NCBI GenBank assembly: GCA_000402815.1
Contig: AQSA01000002.1
Location: 9,062-73,061, forward strand
Reading direction: 5' to 3'
DNA length: 64,000 bases
Source of the DNA: Candidatus Neomarinimicrobium atlanticum
GTDB lineage: Bacteria; Fidelibacterota; Marinisomatia; Marinisomatales; Marinisomataceae
Shown here: one piece after another, positions 38,036-47,884 of the stretch
How the letters are laid out: each line of letters opens with the position of its first letter
Position numbering within the stretch: position 1 is the stretch's first letter
The notes under the pieces: generated by a model
The model's input: the letters and a program-made list of their open reading frames with translations, nothing else
What the model was told of the DNA's origin: nothing
Databases searched by the model: none
Position numbers and translations under genes: made by a program

Positions 38036-39634
38036 TTAGATTCCAAAAGATTCTTCCCATTCCCCATAAACACCCTTCATTAATTCTACAATTTCCCCAA
38101 CAGTACCGCCATGCTCTGCGACTTCAATCAAATAAGGGACTAAATTTAAATTATTTTCGCAAGCATTTCTTAATTTTTTCATTTTTTTATCTAGCGATTT
38201 ATTATCCCTTTTTTTTCTAAGTTTTTTAACTTTCTTTTCTTGAATTTCTTGAGCCTGTTGAGATATTTTTAAGATTTCAATTTCAAGTTTTTCATTTTCA
38301 TCAACAAAATCATTTAATCCAACGATAATTCTTTCTTTTGAGTCAATTGATTCTTGATATACAGACGCTGACTCGGAAATTTTCTTTTGAAAATAACCAT
38401 CTTCAATTGCTGTGATTGTTCCACCAAGATTCTTTATTACTCTAAAATATTCATTTGCTTCTTCTTCAATTCTATCAGTTATTTGTTCTACATACCAAGA
38501 TCCTCCCAGTGGATCTGCTACATTAGGCACACCTGTTTCATGTGCAAGGATTTGTTGAGTCCTTAACGCTATTTTTGCAGCTTTCTCTGAAGGCAGTGCT
38601 AATGTCTCATCAAGTGAATTTGTATGTAGTGAATTTGTTCCCCCTAGCACAGCAGCCATAGCTTCATAGGCGGTTCTAACAATATTATTTTCTGGTTGCT
38701 GAGCTGTTAAAGAACATCCAGCTGTTTGCGTGTGAAATTTTAATTTTAGAGAATTTTCATTTTTAGCACCATATTCATTTTTAAGTTTATTTGCCCAAAT
38801 TCTTCTTGCTGCTCTATACTTTCCTATCTCTTCAAAAAAATCCATATGTGAATTAAAAAAGAATGATAATCTATGTGCAAAGTCATCGATTTTTAAACCT
38901 CTCTTTAGAGAAGCTTCTATATAAGTAAATCCGCTATTAAGCGTAAATGCTAATTCCTGCGCGGCAGTTGAACCAGCTTCTCTTATATGATATCCACTCA
39001 CTGATACTGGACTATAAAATGGCATGTTCTCAGAGCAAAACTCAATAACATCTACTACTAATTTTATTGATGGTTTTGGAGGAAAGATAAATTCTTTCTG
39101 TGCTATGTATTCTTTAACAGCATCATTCTGTAATGTTCCTCTTAAGTGGCTAATATCAATACCATTTTTCTTTGCTAAGGCTACATAGAAAGCGAATAAG
39201 ATAATTGCAGGGCCATTAATAGTTTGAGATACAGAAATTTTTTCTAAATCTATGTCCTTAAATAAAATTTCCATATCATCCAAAGAAGCTACATTAACAC
39301 CGCAAACACCTACTTCTCCAGATGAAAGTTCATGATCAGGGTCATAACCCATAAGTGTTGGCATATCATAAGCAACAGAAAGTCCTGTCTGGCCATTTTT
39401 TAATAAATATTTATATCTTTCATTTGTTTTTTCTGGAGTACTGAAACCGGAAAATTGTCTCATAGTCCATAATTTTCCTCTATACATATTTTTATGAATA
39501 CCTCGAGTATATGGAAAAGTGCCAGGATCTATACTATACTTATTATCTTTTGTATTAGAAGAATAGTACTCTTTTAGTTTATTGCCACTCAAACTATCAA
39601 AATTCTTTTCTCTATCTAGTTTTTTTTTACTCAT
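38036..39634 (-). CDS. Methylmalonyl-CoA mutase family, catalytic (N-terminal, TIM-barrel) subunit without B12-binding domain
   Basis: PGTFPYTRGIHKNMYRGKLWTMRQFSGF, FHTQTAGCSLTAQQPENNIVRT, SLHTNSLDE. 532 aa. No DxHxxG cobalamin-binding module. Confidence 0.85.
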   Translation of the reverse strand: MSKKKLDREKNFDSLSGNKLKEYYSSNTKDNKYSIDPGTFPYTRGIHKNMYRGKLWTMRQFSGFSTPEKTNERYKYLLKNGQTGLSVAYDMPTLMGYDPDHELSSGEVGVCGVNVASLDDMEILFKDIDLEKISVSQTINGPAIILFAFYVALAKKNGIDISHLRGTLQNDAVKEYIAQKEFIFPPKPSIKLVVDVIEFCSENMPFYSPVSVSGYHIREAGSTAAQELAFTLNSGFTYIEASLKRGLKIDDFAHRLSFFFNSHMDFFEEIGKYRAARRIWANKLKNEYGAKNENSLKLKFHTQTAGCSLTAQQPENNIVRTAYEAMAAVLGGTNSLHTNSLDETLALPSEKAAKIALRTQQILAHETGVPNVADPLGGSWYVEQITDRIEEEANEYFRVIKNLGGTITAIEDGYFQKKISESASVYQESIDSKERIIVGLNDFVDENEKLEIEILKISQQAQEIQEKKVKKLRKKRDNKSLDKKMKKLRNACENNLNLVPYLIEVAEHGGTVGEIVELMKGVYGEWEESFGI

Positions 39635-39636
39635 AG

Positions 39637-41499
39637 TTACCTATCAACAAATTTAACAATTTTTTCGTATAATGCCTTACTATCTAAGCCTACTTCTTCT
39701 AATAATATATTTCTTGGTCCATGATCTACAAAATCATTCGGAAGCCCTATGTTTAAAATGTCATTTTTAAGTTTTTTACTAGAACTCCATGCTGCAATGC
39801 TTTCTCCAAAGCCTCCATCTAAAACACCTTCTTCTATAGTAACAATCTTAGAAAATTTCGAACAATTATTTTCCAAGTATTCTAAGTCCATTGGTTTAAT
39901 AAATCTACAATTAACAACTTCTGATTTAATATCTCTTTCTTTTAAATTCTTTACAATATCCATACTCCTCTTTACCATCGATCCAACTGCTAAGATTAAG
40001 ATATCATCTCCCTTATTAATCACTTCCCATGATCCAATTTTTATGATATTAGAATTAGTATTATCAAAATCTATAGATGACTCTTTTGGATATCTGATGC
40101 TAAAAGGTCCATCAACATGATTGGTTGCTGTAAATAGTAAATCTTGTAATTCATTTCCATCTTTTGGTGCAGTAACAACCATTCCCTGTATGCATTTCAT
40201 ATATGCAATATCTAATACTCCATGGTGAGTAGCTCCATCTTCACCTACCAGACCTGATCTATCTAAACAAAAAATTACAGGTAATTTTTGTAATGCAATA
40301 TCATGGATAATTTGATCATACCCTCTTTGTAAAAAAGTAGAATAAATTGCTACGATTGGAATTTTACCATTTACTGCTAATCCTCCAGAAAATGTTACGC
40401 CATGCGCTTCTGCTATACCTACATCAAAATACCTATCAGGAAATTCTTTTGCAAAATTCACTAGCCCTGTACCTTCTCGCATTGCAGCGGTAATAGCAAC
40501 AATATTCTTATTCTCTTTTGCTAGATTGCACGAAACTTCTGCAAAAACATTCTGAAAAATAGGTGCTTCACTATTTTTCTTAATAGGATTATCTTTCTTT
40601 TCTTTTACTCCATGATATTTAACGGGATCATGTTCAGCGTAATCTAACCCTTTGCCCTTTTTTGTAATAGTGTGTAGCACTACTGGAGTATTTAATTCTT
40701 TTATATTTTCTAGCGTTGTAACTAACTCACTTATATTATGTCCATCAATAGGGCCAAAATATCTAAAGCCTAGATCTTCAAATATTGTAGTTGGTAAAAA
40801 GAAATTTTTCGCACTTGATTCTATCTTTTTTAATAAAGTCTCAACAAATTTAAGACGCTTTGGTAATCTAGTAATTAACCTTCCAATCTTGCCTCTCACA
40901 TAGTTATATGATTTGTTAGTAGCAATTTTAACTAAATAATTTCTAAATGCTCCTATATTAGGACTAATTGACATATCATTATCATTCACAATAACCAATA
41001 ATTGCTTGTTGAGATGTCCTGCATTATTAAGTGCTTCAAATGCCAGACCTCCAGTTAATGCCCCATCACCTATAATGCTTACTACTTTAAATTTTTCATT
41101 ATCTAAATCTCTTGCACATGCCATTCCAAGTCCGGCAGAAATAGAAGTTGATGCATGACCCGCCCCAAATACATCATACTCACTTTCAGTTCTTTTTAAA
41201 AACCCACTTAATCCTTTATATTTTCTGATAGTTTTAAAAGAGTCAAATCTTCCAGTTAATACTTTATGTGCATAGGCTTGATGTCCTGTATCCCAAATAA
41301 GCTTATCTTCAGGTGTATTATAAACATAGTGAAGAGCAGTTGTCAGCTCAATAGCGCCTAAAGTTGGAGCTAAATGACCACCTATTTCATTAATAGTTGA
41401 TATAATATACTGTCTCAATTCATCACAAATAAATTCTAACTCTTCTGGAGAGTATGACTTTAAATCTGATGGCGATTTAATATTGTTTAAATATTTCAT
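39637..41499 (-). CDS. dxs: 1-deoxy-D-xylulose-5-phosphate synthase
   Basis: GGHLAPTLGAIELTTALH, WDTGHQAYAHK, IGDGALTGG. 620 aa. Confidence 0.95.
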   Translation of the reverse strand: MKYLNNIKSPSDLKSYSPEELEFICDELRQYIISTINEIGGHLAPTLGAIELTTALHYVYNTPEDKLIWDTGHQAYAHKVLTGRFDSFKTIRKYKGLSGFLKRTESEYDVFGAGHASTSISAGLGMACARDLDNEKFKVVSIIGDGALTGGLAFEALNNAGHLNKQLLVIVNDNDMSISPNIGAFRNYLVKIATNKSYNYVRGKIGRLITRLPKRLKFVETLLKKIESSAKNFFLPTTIFEDLGFRYFGPIDGHNISELVTTLENIKELNTPVVLHTITKKGKGLDYAEHDPVKYHGVKEKKDNPIKKNSEAPIFQNVFAEVSCNLAKENKNIVAITAAMREGTGLVNFAKEFPDRYFDVGIAEAHGVTFSGGLAVNGKIPIVAIYSTFLQRGYDQIIHDIALQKLPVIFCLDRSGLVGEDGATHHGVLDIAYMKCIQGMVVTAPKDGNELQDLLFTATNHVDGPFSIRYPKESSIDFDNTNSNIIKIGSWEVINKGDDILILAVGSMVKRSMDIVKNLKERDIKSEVVNCRFIKPMDLEYLENNCSKFSKIVTIEEGVLDGGFGESIAAWSSSKKLKNDILNIGLPNDFVDHGPRNILLEEVGLDSKALYEKIVKFVDR

Positions 41500-41501
41500 A
41501 T

Positions 41502-42065
41502 TTATCTTTTAAAACAAATCTCATGCAATAATGTTTCATGTTTTAATTCAGGATGGCAAGTAATTGCTATATGCATACCTTCTCTTACTCCAACAATTTC
41601 ATTATCGTGTTTACAAATTATTTTGACATTCTTTCCCATGCTAGTGATTTTAGGAGCTCTAATAAATGATGCTTTCATTGATTTGGATTTAATATTTTTA
41701 TGTACCAAATTAATTGAATCATCAAAAGAGTGAACTTGCCTTCCATATGCATTTCTACTTACTTCAATATCAATAATATTCATATTTAAGACTTTTTTGT
41801 CAAAACTATTTTTTGACATCAGTATTAACCCTGCACATGTACCAAGAATAGGCTTATCAATGGATAAAGATTTGATTCCATCAATAAAACTTTGGTCTCT
41901 TAACAAGAGGTTTGACATAGTTGTTGATTCTCCGCCAGGAATAATTAATCCATTAATACCGGATAAATCTTCTAAGGTCTTAACTAATTTTGAACTAATT
42001 CCAATTTGATTCAAAATATGAATGTGGGATGCAAAATTACCTTGTAAAGCTAAAACTCCAACCAC
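41502..42065 (-). CDS. pdxT: Pyridoxal 5'-phosphate synthase glutaminase subunit
   Basis: VGVLALQGNFASH, the catalytic GTCAGLIL, and a C-terminal HPE. Adjacent to pdxS. Confidence 0.85.
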   Translation of the reverse strand: MVGVLALQGNFASHIHILNQIGISSKLVKTLEDLSGINGLIIPGGESTTMSNLLLRDQSFIDGIKSLSIDKPILGTCAGLILMSKNSFDKKVLNMNIIDIEVSRNAYGRQVHSFDDSINLVHKNIKSKSMKASFIRAPKITSMGKNVKIICKHDNEIVGVREGMHIAITCHPELKHETLLHEICFKR

Positions 42066-42067
42066 AA

Positions 42068-42943
42068 TTACTCACCTCTTTCTGAAAACCTCTGATCTTC
42101 AGGAATGTCCGACATCAGTATTCCTTTCATAGCATCTTTTAAGTTATATGATGCACTAAGGACTTTCTTAGCATCAGCAAAATGGGTAACTGATTGAACT
42201 ATAGCATGTGCTCGTTCTGATGGATCTTCACTTTTAAAAATTCCAGAACCAACAAAAACTGTTTCGGCACCTAATTGCATCATCAAACATGCATCTGCTG
42301 GAGTTGCTATTCCTCCTGCTGCAAAATTAGGCACTGGTAGCTTTCCATTTTTTACAACTTCTTCTACAAGCGCTAAGGGGACTCTAAACTCTTTTGCTTT
42401 TTCTGATAGGTTTTGATCGTTCAATACCTTTAACTCTGAAGTAATCATTTTCATATGTCTAACTGCCTCAACAATATTTCCACTACCCGCTTCTCCTTTA
42501 GTGCGAATTAGTGCTGCACCTTCATCTATTCTTCTTAATGCTTCACCAAGATTTCGCGCTCCACAAACAAATGGAGCTTTAAATGGATGCTTATCGACAT
42601 GAAAATGTTCGTCAGCCATTGTTAAAACTTCACTTTCGTCAATAAAATCTACTTCTAAAGCCTGTAAAATTTGAGCTTCTGCAAAGTGACCAATTCTACA
42701 TTTTGCCATTACTGGTATAGAAACATTATCTTGGATTTCTTTGATCATATGAGGATTGCTCATTCTAGCCACACCCCCATCTTTTCTAATATCTGATGGA
42801 ATTCTTTCTAATGCCATAACTGAAACAGCTCCTGATTCTTCTGCAATTTTTGCTTGTTCTACATTTGTGACATCCATTATAACACCACCCTTTAACATTT
42901 CAGCTAAAGCAACTTTTGTTTTAAAATCGTACTCTTGACTCAT
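42068..42943 (-). CDS. pdxS: Pyridoxal 5'-phosphate synthase lyase subunit
   Basis: [46 protein letters not shown]. Confidence 0.95.
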   Translation of the reverse strand: MSQEYDFKTKVALAEMLKGGVIMDVTNVEQAKIAEESGAVSVMALERIPSDIRKDGGVARMSNPHMIKEIQDNVSIPVMAKCRIGHFAEAQILQALEVDFIDESEVLTMADEHFHVDKHPFKAPFVCGARNLGEALRRIDEGAALIRTKGEAGSGNIVEAVRHMKMITSELKVLNDQNLSEKAKEFRVPLALVEEVVKNGKLPVPNFAAGGIATPADACLMMQLGAETVFVGSGIFKSEDPSERAHAIVQSVTHFADAKKVLSASYNLKDAMKGILMSDIPEDQRFSERGE

Positions 42944-43802
42944 GAATGATTTCCTTCTCTTTTGTATTTGTTAATTCTTTGACTTTTTTTATTACTGAGT
43001 CGATAATCCAATCAGGTGTTGATGCCCCCGCAGAAATACCAACTGAATTTATATCATTTTTAAACCAAGATAAATCAATTTCTGTAGCATTTGTAACTTG
43101 ATAAGTGTTTTTATTTCGCTCAAGGCTTAACTCAGTCAATCTTTTAGAATTTGCACTTGTAAATGATCCAATAATAAGCATCATATCTGTTATCACTGAC
43201 AGTTCTTTGATTTGTTGATGATTTCTTTTAGTAGGAAAACAAATAGTATTTATAAATCTTAAATCGACAACTTTTGTCATTAGAATATTAATAATATCTT
43301 GAACATTTTCTATTGCTTGAGTTGATTGACTGACTATTCCAGCTTTTTTGGTTTTTCTTAACTTTTGTGCCTCTTCGATAGATGCTATAATTATAGCCCC
43401 TTCAACTTGACTAGCAATACCTATTACCTCGTCATGTCCATGATCACCAATGATAATGATTTTTCTTCCCTCTGCATGTAATTCTTTTACTTCTCTATGA
43501 ATATCGTGTACCAATGGACATGTAGCATCAATAAAATTCATTTTCTTATCTTCTGCTTTTTCCCACACATCTTTTGATGTCCCGTGAGCACGGAATAAAA
43601 CCGGTTTGTCTTCTGGAATCTCTTCTAATTTTTCTACAACTTTAACACCTTTTTTTTCTAAATCCTCTACAACGTTTTCATTATGTACGATATCTCCTAG
43701 CATATAGACTTCTCCATGCTCTTTGCTAGCGTCGTATGCTGCATTTACTGCATCACGAACTCCAAAACAGTAACCTGCTGATTTAGCTAATATTATTTTC
43801 AT
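42921..43802 (-). CDS. ispH: 4-hydroxy-3-methylbut-2-enyl diphosphate reductase
   Basis: [28 protein letters not shown]. Confidence 0.9.
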   Translation of the reverse strand: MKIILAKSAGYCFGVRDAVNAAYDASKEHGEVYMLGDIVHNENVVEDLEKKGVKVVEKLEEIPEDKPVLFRAHGTSKDVWEKAEDKKMNFIDATCPLVHDIHREVKELHAEGRKIIIIGDHGHDEVIGIASQVEGAIIIASIEEAQKLRKTKKAGIVSQSTQAIENVQDIINILMTKVVDLRFINTICFPTKRNHQQIKELSVITDMMLIIGSFTSANSKRLTELSLERNKNTYQVTNATEIDLSWFKNDINSVGISAGASTPDWIIDSVIKKVKELTNTKEKEIIHESRVRF

Positions 43803-44784
43803 CGTATTTATTTATATAAGTTGATAACATATTCAAAACATTTGATTTCACTTGAGAAAATTCACCTTCAACCAGAGCTGCTGCTGCGAATGGATGTCCG
43901 CCGCCACCCATTTTTTTAGCAATCTCACTTACTTTGTATTTTCCTTTTGACCTAAAACTTAATCTGACTTTTCCTTTTAGATCATAAAGCATCATGGACA
44001 CTTCTACCCCCTTAATACTTCTAAAGAAATCTGCAAATCCATCAAAATCTTGATTTGATCCATTGACCTCCTTTACCATATCTTCATTAATAGCAAACCA
44101 TGCTAGCTGGCCATTACAGTCAAAGTTTAAATTCTGAATTACATTACCTAGTAGTTTAATTCGACTAACAGATGAGCTTTCATAAATTTTTTGGTAGATT
44201 TTTGCGATATCTAATTCAAGATTAATTGCGTCAACAGCAATCTTGTGGCTCATCTCTGTTGTGTTACTATGTCTAAAAGAACCTGTATCGGTAAGTACAG
44301 CTATATAGAGGCCTAATATTATATCTTTATCTATTGTAGTTTTATCAATATCACAAAAATATGAATACAATATCTCTCCAACAGAACAAGCTTCTAAATC
44401 AATAAAAGTATTTGTAAAAAAATCATTATCAGATTGCGGATGATGATCTATACTTACAGTCTCAATAGAATGATCCTCAATAATATATGCTATATCTCCT
44501 AGTCGATAGAAATCTCCAATATCTAAAATGATACCTAAATCAGCATTTTTAATAAATCCCGAACTGTCGCCATCTAGCTCATGAAAAATTTTATCTTCAT
44601 TTAAAAAACTATATGTCTCAGGAACAGGAGAGTGGTTGATAATTCTACAGTCTTTTCCAAGTTTAGTTAAGTAATGATAAACTGCGAGGGCAGATCCTAA
44701 GCTATCTCCATCCGGATTAATATGTGAGGATATAAATATTTTATTTTTTTCAGCGATGATTGACTGAATCTTTTTATAGTCCAT
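43783..44784 (-). CDS. nrnA: DHH/DHHA1 phosphoesterase (NrnA-like oligoribonuclease/pAp phosphatase)
   Basis: HINPDGDSLGS, SIDHHP, and the DHHA1 motif GGGGHPFAAAA. Confidence 0.75.
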   Translation of the reverse strand: MDYKKIQSIIAEKNKIFISSHINPDGDSLGSALAVYHYLTKLGKDCRIINHSPVPETYSFLNEDKIFHELDGDSSGFIKNADLGIILDIGDFYRLGDIAYIIEDHSIETVSIDHHPQSDNDFFTNTFIDLEACSVGEILYSYFCDIDKTTIDKDIILGLYIAVLTDTGSFRHSNTTEMSHKIAVDAINLELDIAKIYQKIYESSSVSRIKLLGNVIQNLNFDCNGQLAWFAINEDMVKEVNGSNQDFDGFADFFRSIKGVEVSMMLYDLKGKVRLSFRSKGKYKVSEIAKKMGGGGHPFAAAALVEGEFSQVKSNVLNMLSTYINKYDENNIS

Positions 44785-44789
44785 AAGAA

Positions 44790-45329
44790 TTACCTCTTCC
44801 AGGTATTTTCAGAGATATTTTCACTTTTGTTATAAAATCTTGAAAGAACAAAAAAGTAATCAGATAATCTATTCAAATACATCACAACATTATTGTTTTC
44901 TAAGCTATCAGAATATAGTTCAATAACTGCTCTTTCTGCTCTTCTCGTAACTGACCTTGCAACATGAAGATTTGCTGAAAAAAGGTCACCTCCTGGTAGA
45001 ATAAATTCCTTTAATGGATCTAAAGATGAATTATATTGGTCAATATAATTATCTAAGGATGTAATAGACTCGCTTGTAATAATATTTGCACCATCTTCAT
45101 TCAAAGATATTTGACCACCAATATCAAATAGATCATTTTGAATAAGCTTTAATTGATCAACAATAGAAGAGTTCTTACAAGTAGTATTACATACTCCGAT
45201 GACACTACTCAATTCATCAATATCGCCTAGTGCGTGAATGATAGCATCATTTTTATAAACTGACCCACCACGAGCTAATCCAGTTTTACCGCTATCTCCA
45301 TTTCTAGTTGTTACCTTGGTTATCCTCAT
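44790..45329 (-). CDS. ATP:cob(I)alamin adenosyltransferase, PduO type
   Basis: ORF 44790..45401. The conserved N-terminus MRITKVTTRNGDSGKTGL starts at an internal Met (top at 45329), overlapping the upstream stop by 1 nt. ARSVTRRAER region present. Confidence 0.8.
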   Translation of the reverse strand: MRITKVTTRNGDSGKTGLARGGSVYKNDAIIHALGDIDELSSVIGVCNTTCKNSSIVDQLKLIQNDLFDIGGQISLNEDGANIITSESITSLDNYIDQYNSSLDPLKEFILPGGDLFSANLHVARSVTRRAERAVIELYSDSLENNNVVMYLNRLSDYFFVLSRFYNKSENISENTWKR

Positions 45330-46642
45330 TAAAGAAGTCCTGAAAGCCACAAATGAGTAAGAATACTCATCACATATCCTATAAAAATAACACCAGTCCA
45401 TCTTAAGTGACTTGAAAAAGTATATATTCCCTTAGCCTGTCCCATCAAAGCAACACCTGGGGCAGATCCAATAGAAAGCAAACTACCTCCAACTCCTGCA
45501 GTTAGAGTAATAAGAAGCCATTGATTTAAGTCCATTGTTGTAGTATCGTGCATCTGAATTACTGAGAACATCACAGGTATATTATCTATCAATGCAGATA
45601 TAATTCCCATCAATGAATTAGCGACAGTAAATCCAAGACCATCATATAAGGTAGTGTTCAATAAAGCAAGGTAACCGATTTTAGATAATCCAGCTACACA
45701 CATGATAACTCCGTAAAAAAATAAAAGAGTATCCCATTCAGCTTGCGCAATTTGTTTAAATATTCCAAAAGGTTGGTCAGAGCCATCTCTATTTATTTTA
45801 CTTTGAGCTGAATATGATCTTTTAAGATAATATCCATAAAGTTGTAGAAAACTTAAACCAAACATCATTCCAAAAACTGGTGGAAGATTTAAAAAATTCT
45901 TGAATGAAATTGCCATCAAAATAGTAACTAAAAACAATAAACTAATTTGGATTGCCCCTTGCTTTAAAATAACTGGTGGATTTTCTACATCATCAGCAGA
46001 ACCAGTTATAAAAAAGCTCATTATGAATGACGGTATAATGAAGTTTACTAAAGAAGGCAAAAATAGTTGAAAAAATTCAGTGAATTCTACATAACCAGCT
46101 TGCCAGACCATTAAAGTCGTTATATCACCAAATGGACTAAATGCACCTCCAGCATTAGCAGCTACAACGATATTCACACAACTTATACTAGTAAAATTCT
46201 TATTACCTTTTCCAACAGCTAAAACTACAGCACACATAGTAAGAGCGGTTGTAAGATTATCGGCAATGGGAGATAAAAAGAAGGATATAAAACCAGTAAT
46301 CCAAAATAACTTTTTATATGAAAAATTTTGATCAAGAAGAATGGAACGTAATTTTTCAAAAACATTTCTTTCAGACATGGAATTGATATAAGTCATTGCA
46401 ACAAGAAGAAATAGCATTAACTGATTAAACTCGTCAAAAGCATGCATAATTTCTTTTTTTACAGCATATGAATCTCCAGTTTGAGCACCCACCCAAGCAA
46501 TCATTGCCCAAATTAAACCTGCTGCAAAGAGAACCGGTTTAGATTTTCTTAAATGAGTGACTTCTTCTGTCATCACAAAAGCATACGCAATAATAAATAA
46601 TATTATTGAAATAATTCCTACTGGATGATTTAATAATTCCAT
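45329..46642 (-). CDS. NhaD/ArsB-superfamily ion transporter (putative Na+/H+ antiporter)
   Basis: 437-aa polytopic protein. The N-terminal FVMTEEVTHLRKSKPVLFAAGLIW resembles NhaD-type antiporters from memory. Neighbour of the Na+-NQR cluster. Confidence 0.5.
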   Translation of the reverse strand: MELLNHPVGIISIILFIIAYAFVMTEEVTHLRKSKPVLFAAGLIWAMIAWVGAQTGDSYAVKKEIMHAFDEFNQLMLFLLVAMTYINSMSERNVFEKLRSILLDQNFSYKKLFWITGFISFFLSPIADNLTTALTMCAVVLAVGKGNKNFTSISCVNIVVAANAGGAFSPFGDITTLMVWQAGYVEFTEFFQLFLPSLVNFIIPSFIMSFFITGSADDVENPPVILKQGAIQISLLFLVTILMAISFKNFLNLPPVFGMMFGLSFLQLYGYYLKRSYSAQSKINRDGSDQPFGIFKQIAQAEWDTLLFFYGVIMCVAGLSKIGYLALLNTTLYDGLGFTVANSLMGIISALIDNIPVMFSVIQMHDTTTMDLNQWLLITLTAGVGGSLLSIGSAPGVALMGQAKGIYTFSSHLRWTGVIFIGYVMSILTHLWLSGLL

Positions 46643-46712
46643 AAGTGCGAATTTAAATCAAATCATTTTAAAAAATGACGAAAATCGAATAAATATTATT
46701 TAAATTAATAGT

Positions 46713-46874
46713 ATGGAATATCTATTAGTTATTACAATATTTGCACTGAGTGCTTTAATAATGAATATTGGGTTAATTTTTAAAAATAAACCTCTTAAAA
46801 AGGCATGTGGAGATTCTCCGGATGGATGTGAAATTTGTGGCGGCGAACCTGATCGCTGTGAAAGTAATATTTAA
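46713..46874 (+). CDS. nqrM: NqrM-like Na+-NQR maturation protein (DUF539-like), 53 aa, absent from ORF track
   Basis: Own translation: MEYLLVITIFALSALIMNIGLIFKNKPLKKACGDSPDGCEICGGEPDRCESNI. One TM followed by a Cys-rich tail (4 Cys). Convergent with apbE, overlapping its 3' end by 4 nt. Confidence 0.6.
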   Translation: MEYLLVITIFALSALIMNIGLIFKNKPLKKACGDSPDGCEICGGEPDRCESNI

Positions 46875-47884
46875 TTTGCAGGGAAATCCTGTGAAACTAC
46901 TTGTTTAAAACTCATATCTGGCTCAACTAAAATCATTAACCCTTCGATATCTGTATCTTGAAAAAAACTATTTATGTCACTCATTTCCATCATATAAAGT
47001 GCTGTTGCTAAACCGTCTGCTTCCATACATGATGTTTGAGTAAAAATTGATATAGATGCTAGCTTGGACATGATAGGATATCCTGTTAATGGATTAATCT
47101 CGTGATGATAAAATCTATTATCTTTATCAATATAAAAATTTCTATAATTACCTGAAGTTGCAATAGATCCATTTTTAATTGGAGCAATATATTCAATTTC
47201 GTTTGATATATTATCTATTGATGGTGTATTAATACCAACTTTCCAAATCTTTTTATCTGATTTAGATCGAACTTCTCCACCAATTTCTACAAATATATTA
47301 TCATAGTTTAAACTTTCAATAATCTTATCTACAGCAAAGCCTTTAGCTATAGAACTTAAATCAATTTGTACTCTCGAATCTTTTTTCCTGATTCTGCCAC
47401 TTTCGATCTCAATCAAATCTTGACCTACAAAAGCTAAAACACTATCTATGTTAGTTGTGGATGGAGTATCTATAAATTTATCTGGCCCAAATCCCCAAAG
47501 GTTAACTAGTGGCATAACAGTGATATCATATAATCCACCTGACATTTTATAATACTCAAAAGAAGATTGTACTACAAATGCAAAGTCTTCAGATATGTTC
47601 ACCCATTCGGTATTTCTCATTCTATTAAATTGTGATATCTCACTCTCAGGTATATATGTAGACATTTGCATATTGACATTTCTCAATATTTCTTCAATCT
47701 TATTTTTATTTTCTTTGATATCGTCATTGTTCTTTATTCCTGTTGTATATTTTACTGAATATGTAGTTCCCATTGTCCTTCCTAAAATAGATACAATTTC
47801 ATCTATATTATTTGTTGAGGGCGAATTACAGCTGAGTATTACAAGGGAAAGTAAAAAGACTAATTTTCTAGCCGAAGTCATCAT
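46871..47884 (-). CDS. apbE: FAD:protein FMN transferase (flavin-trafficking lipoprotein ApbE)
   Basis: Lipoprotein signal LSLVILSC. GRTMGTTYSVKY and ATSGNYRNF motifs. Directly downstream of nqrF. Confidence 0.85.
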   Translation of the reverse strand: MMTSARKLVFLLSLVILSCNSPSTNNIDEIVSILGRTMGTTYSVKYTTGIKNNDDIKENKNKIEEILRNVNMQMSTYIPESEISQFNRMRNTEWVNISEDFAFVVQSSFEYYKMSGGLYDITVMPLVNLWGFGPDKFIDTPSTTNIDSVLAFVGQDLIEIESGRIRKKDSRVQIDLSSIAKGFAVDKIIESLNYDNIFVEIGGEVRSKSDKKIWKVGINTPSIDNISNEIEYIAPIKNGSIATSGNYRNFYIDKDNRFYHHEINPLTGYPIMSKLASISIFTQTSCMEADGLATALYMMEMSDINSFFQDTDIEGLMILVEPDMSFKQVVSQDFPAN

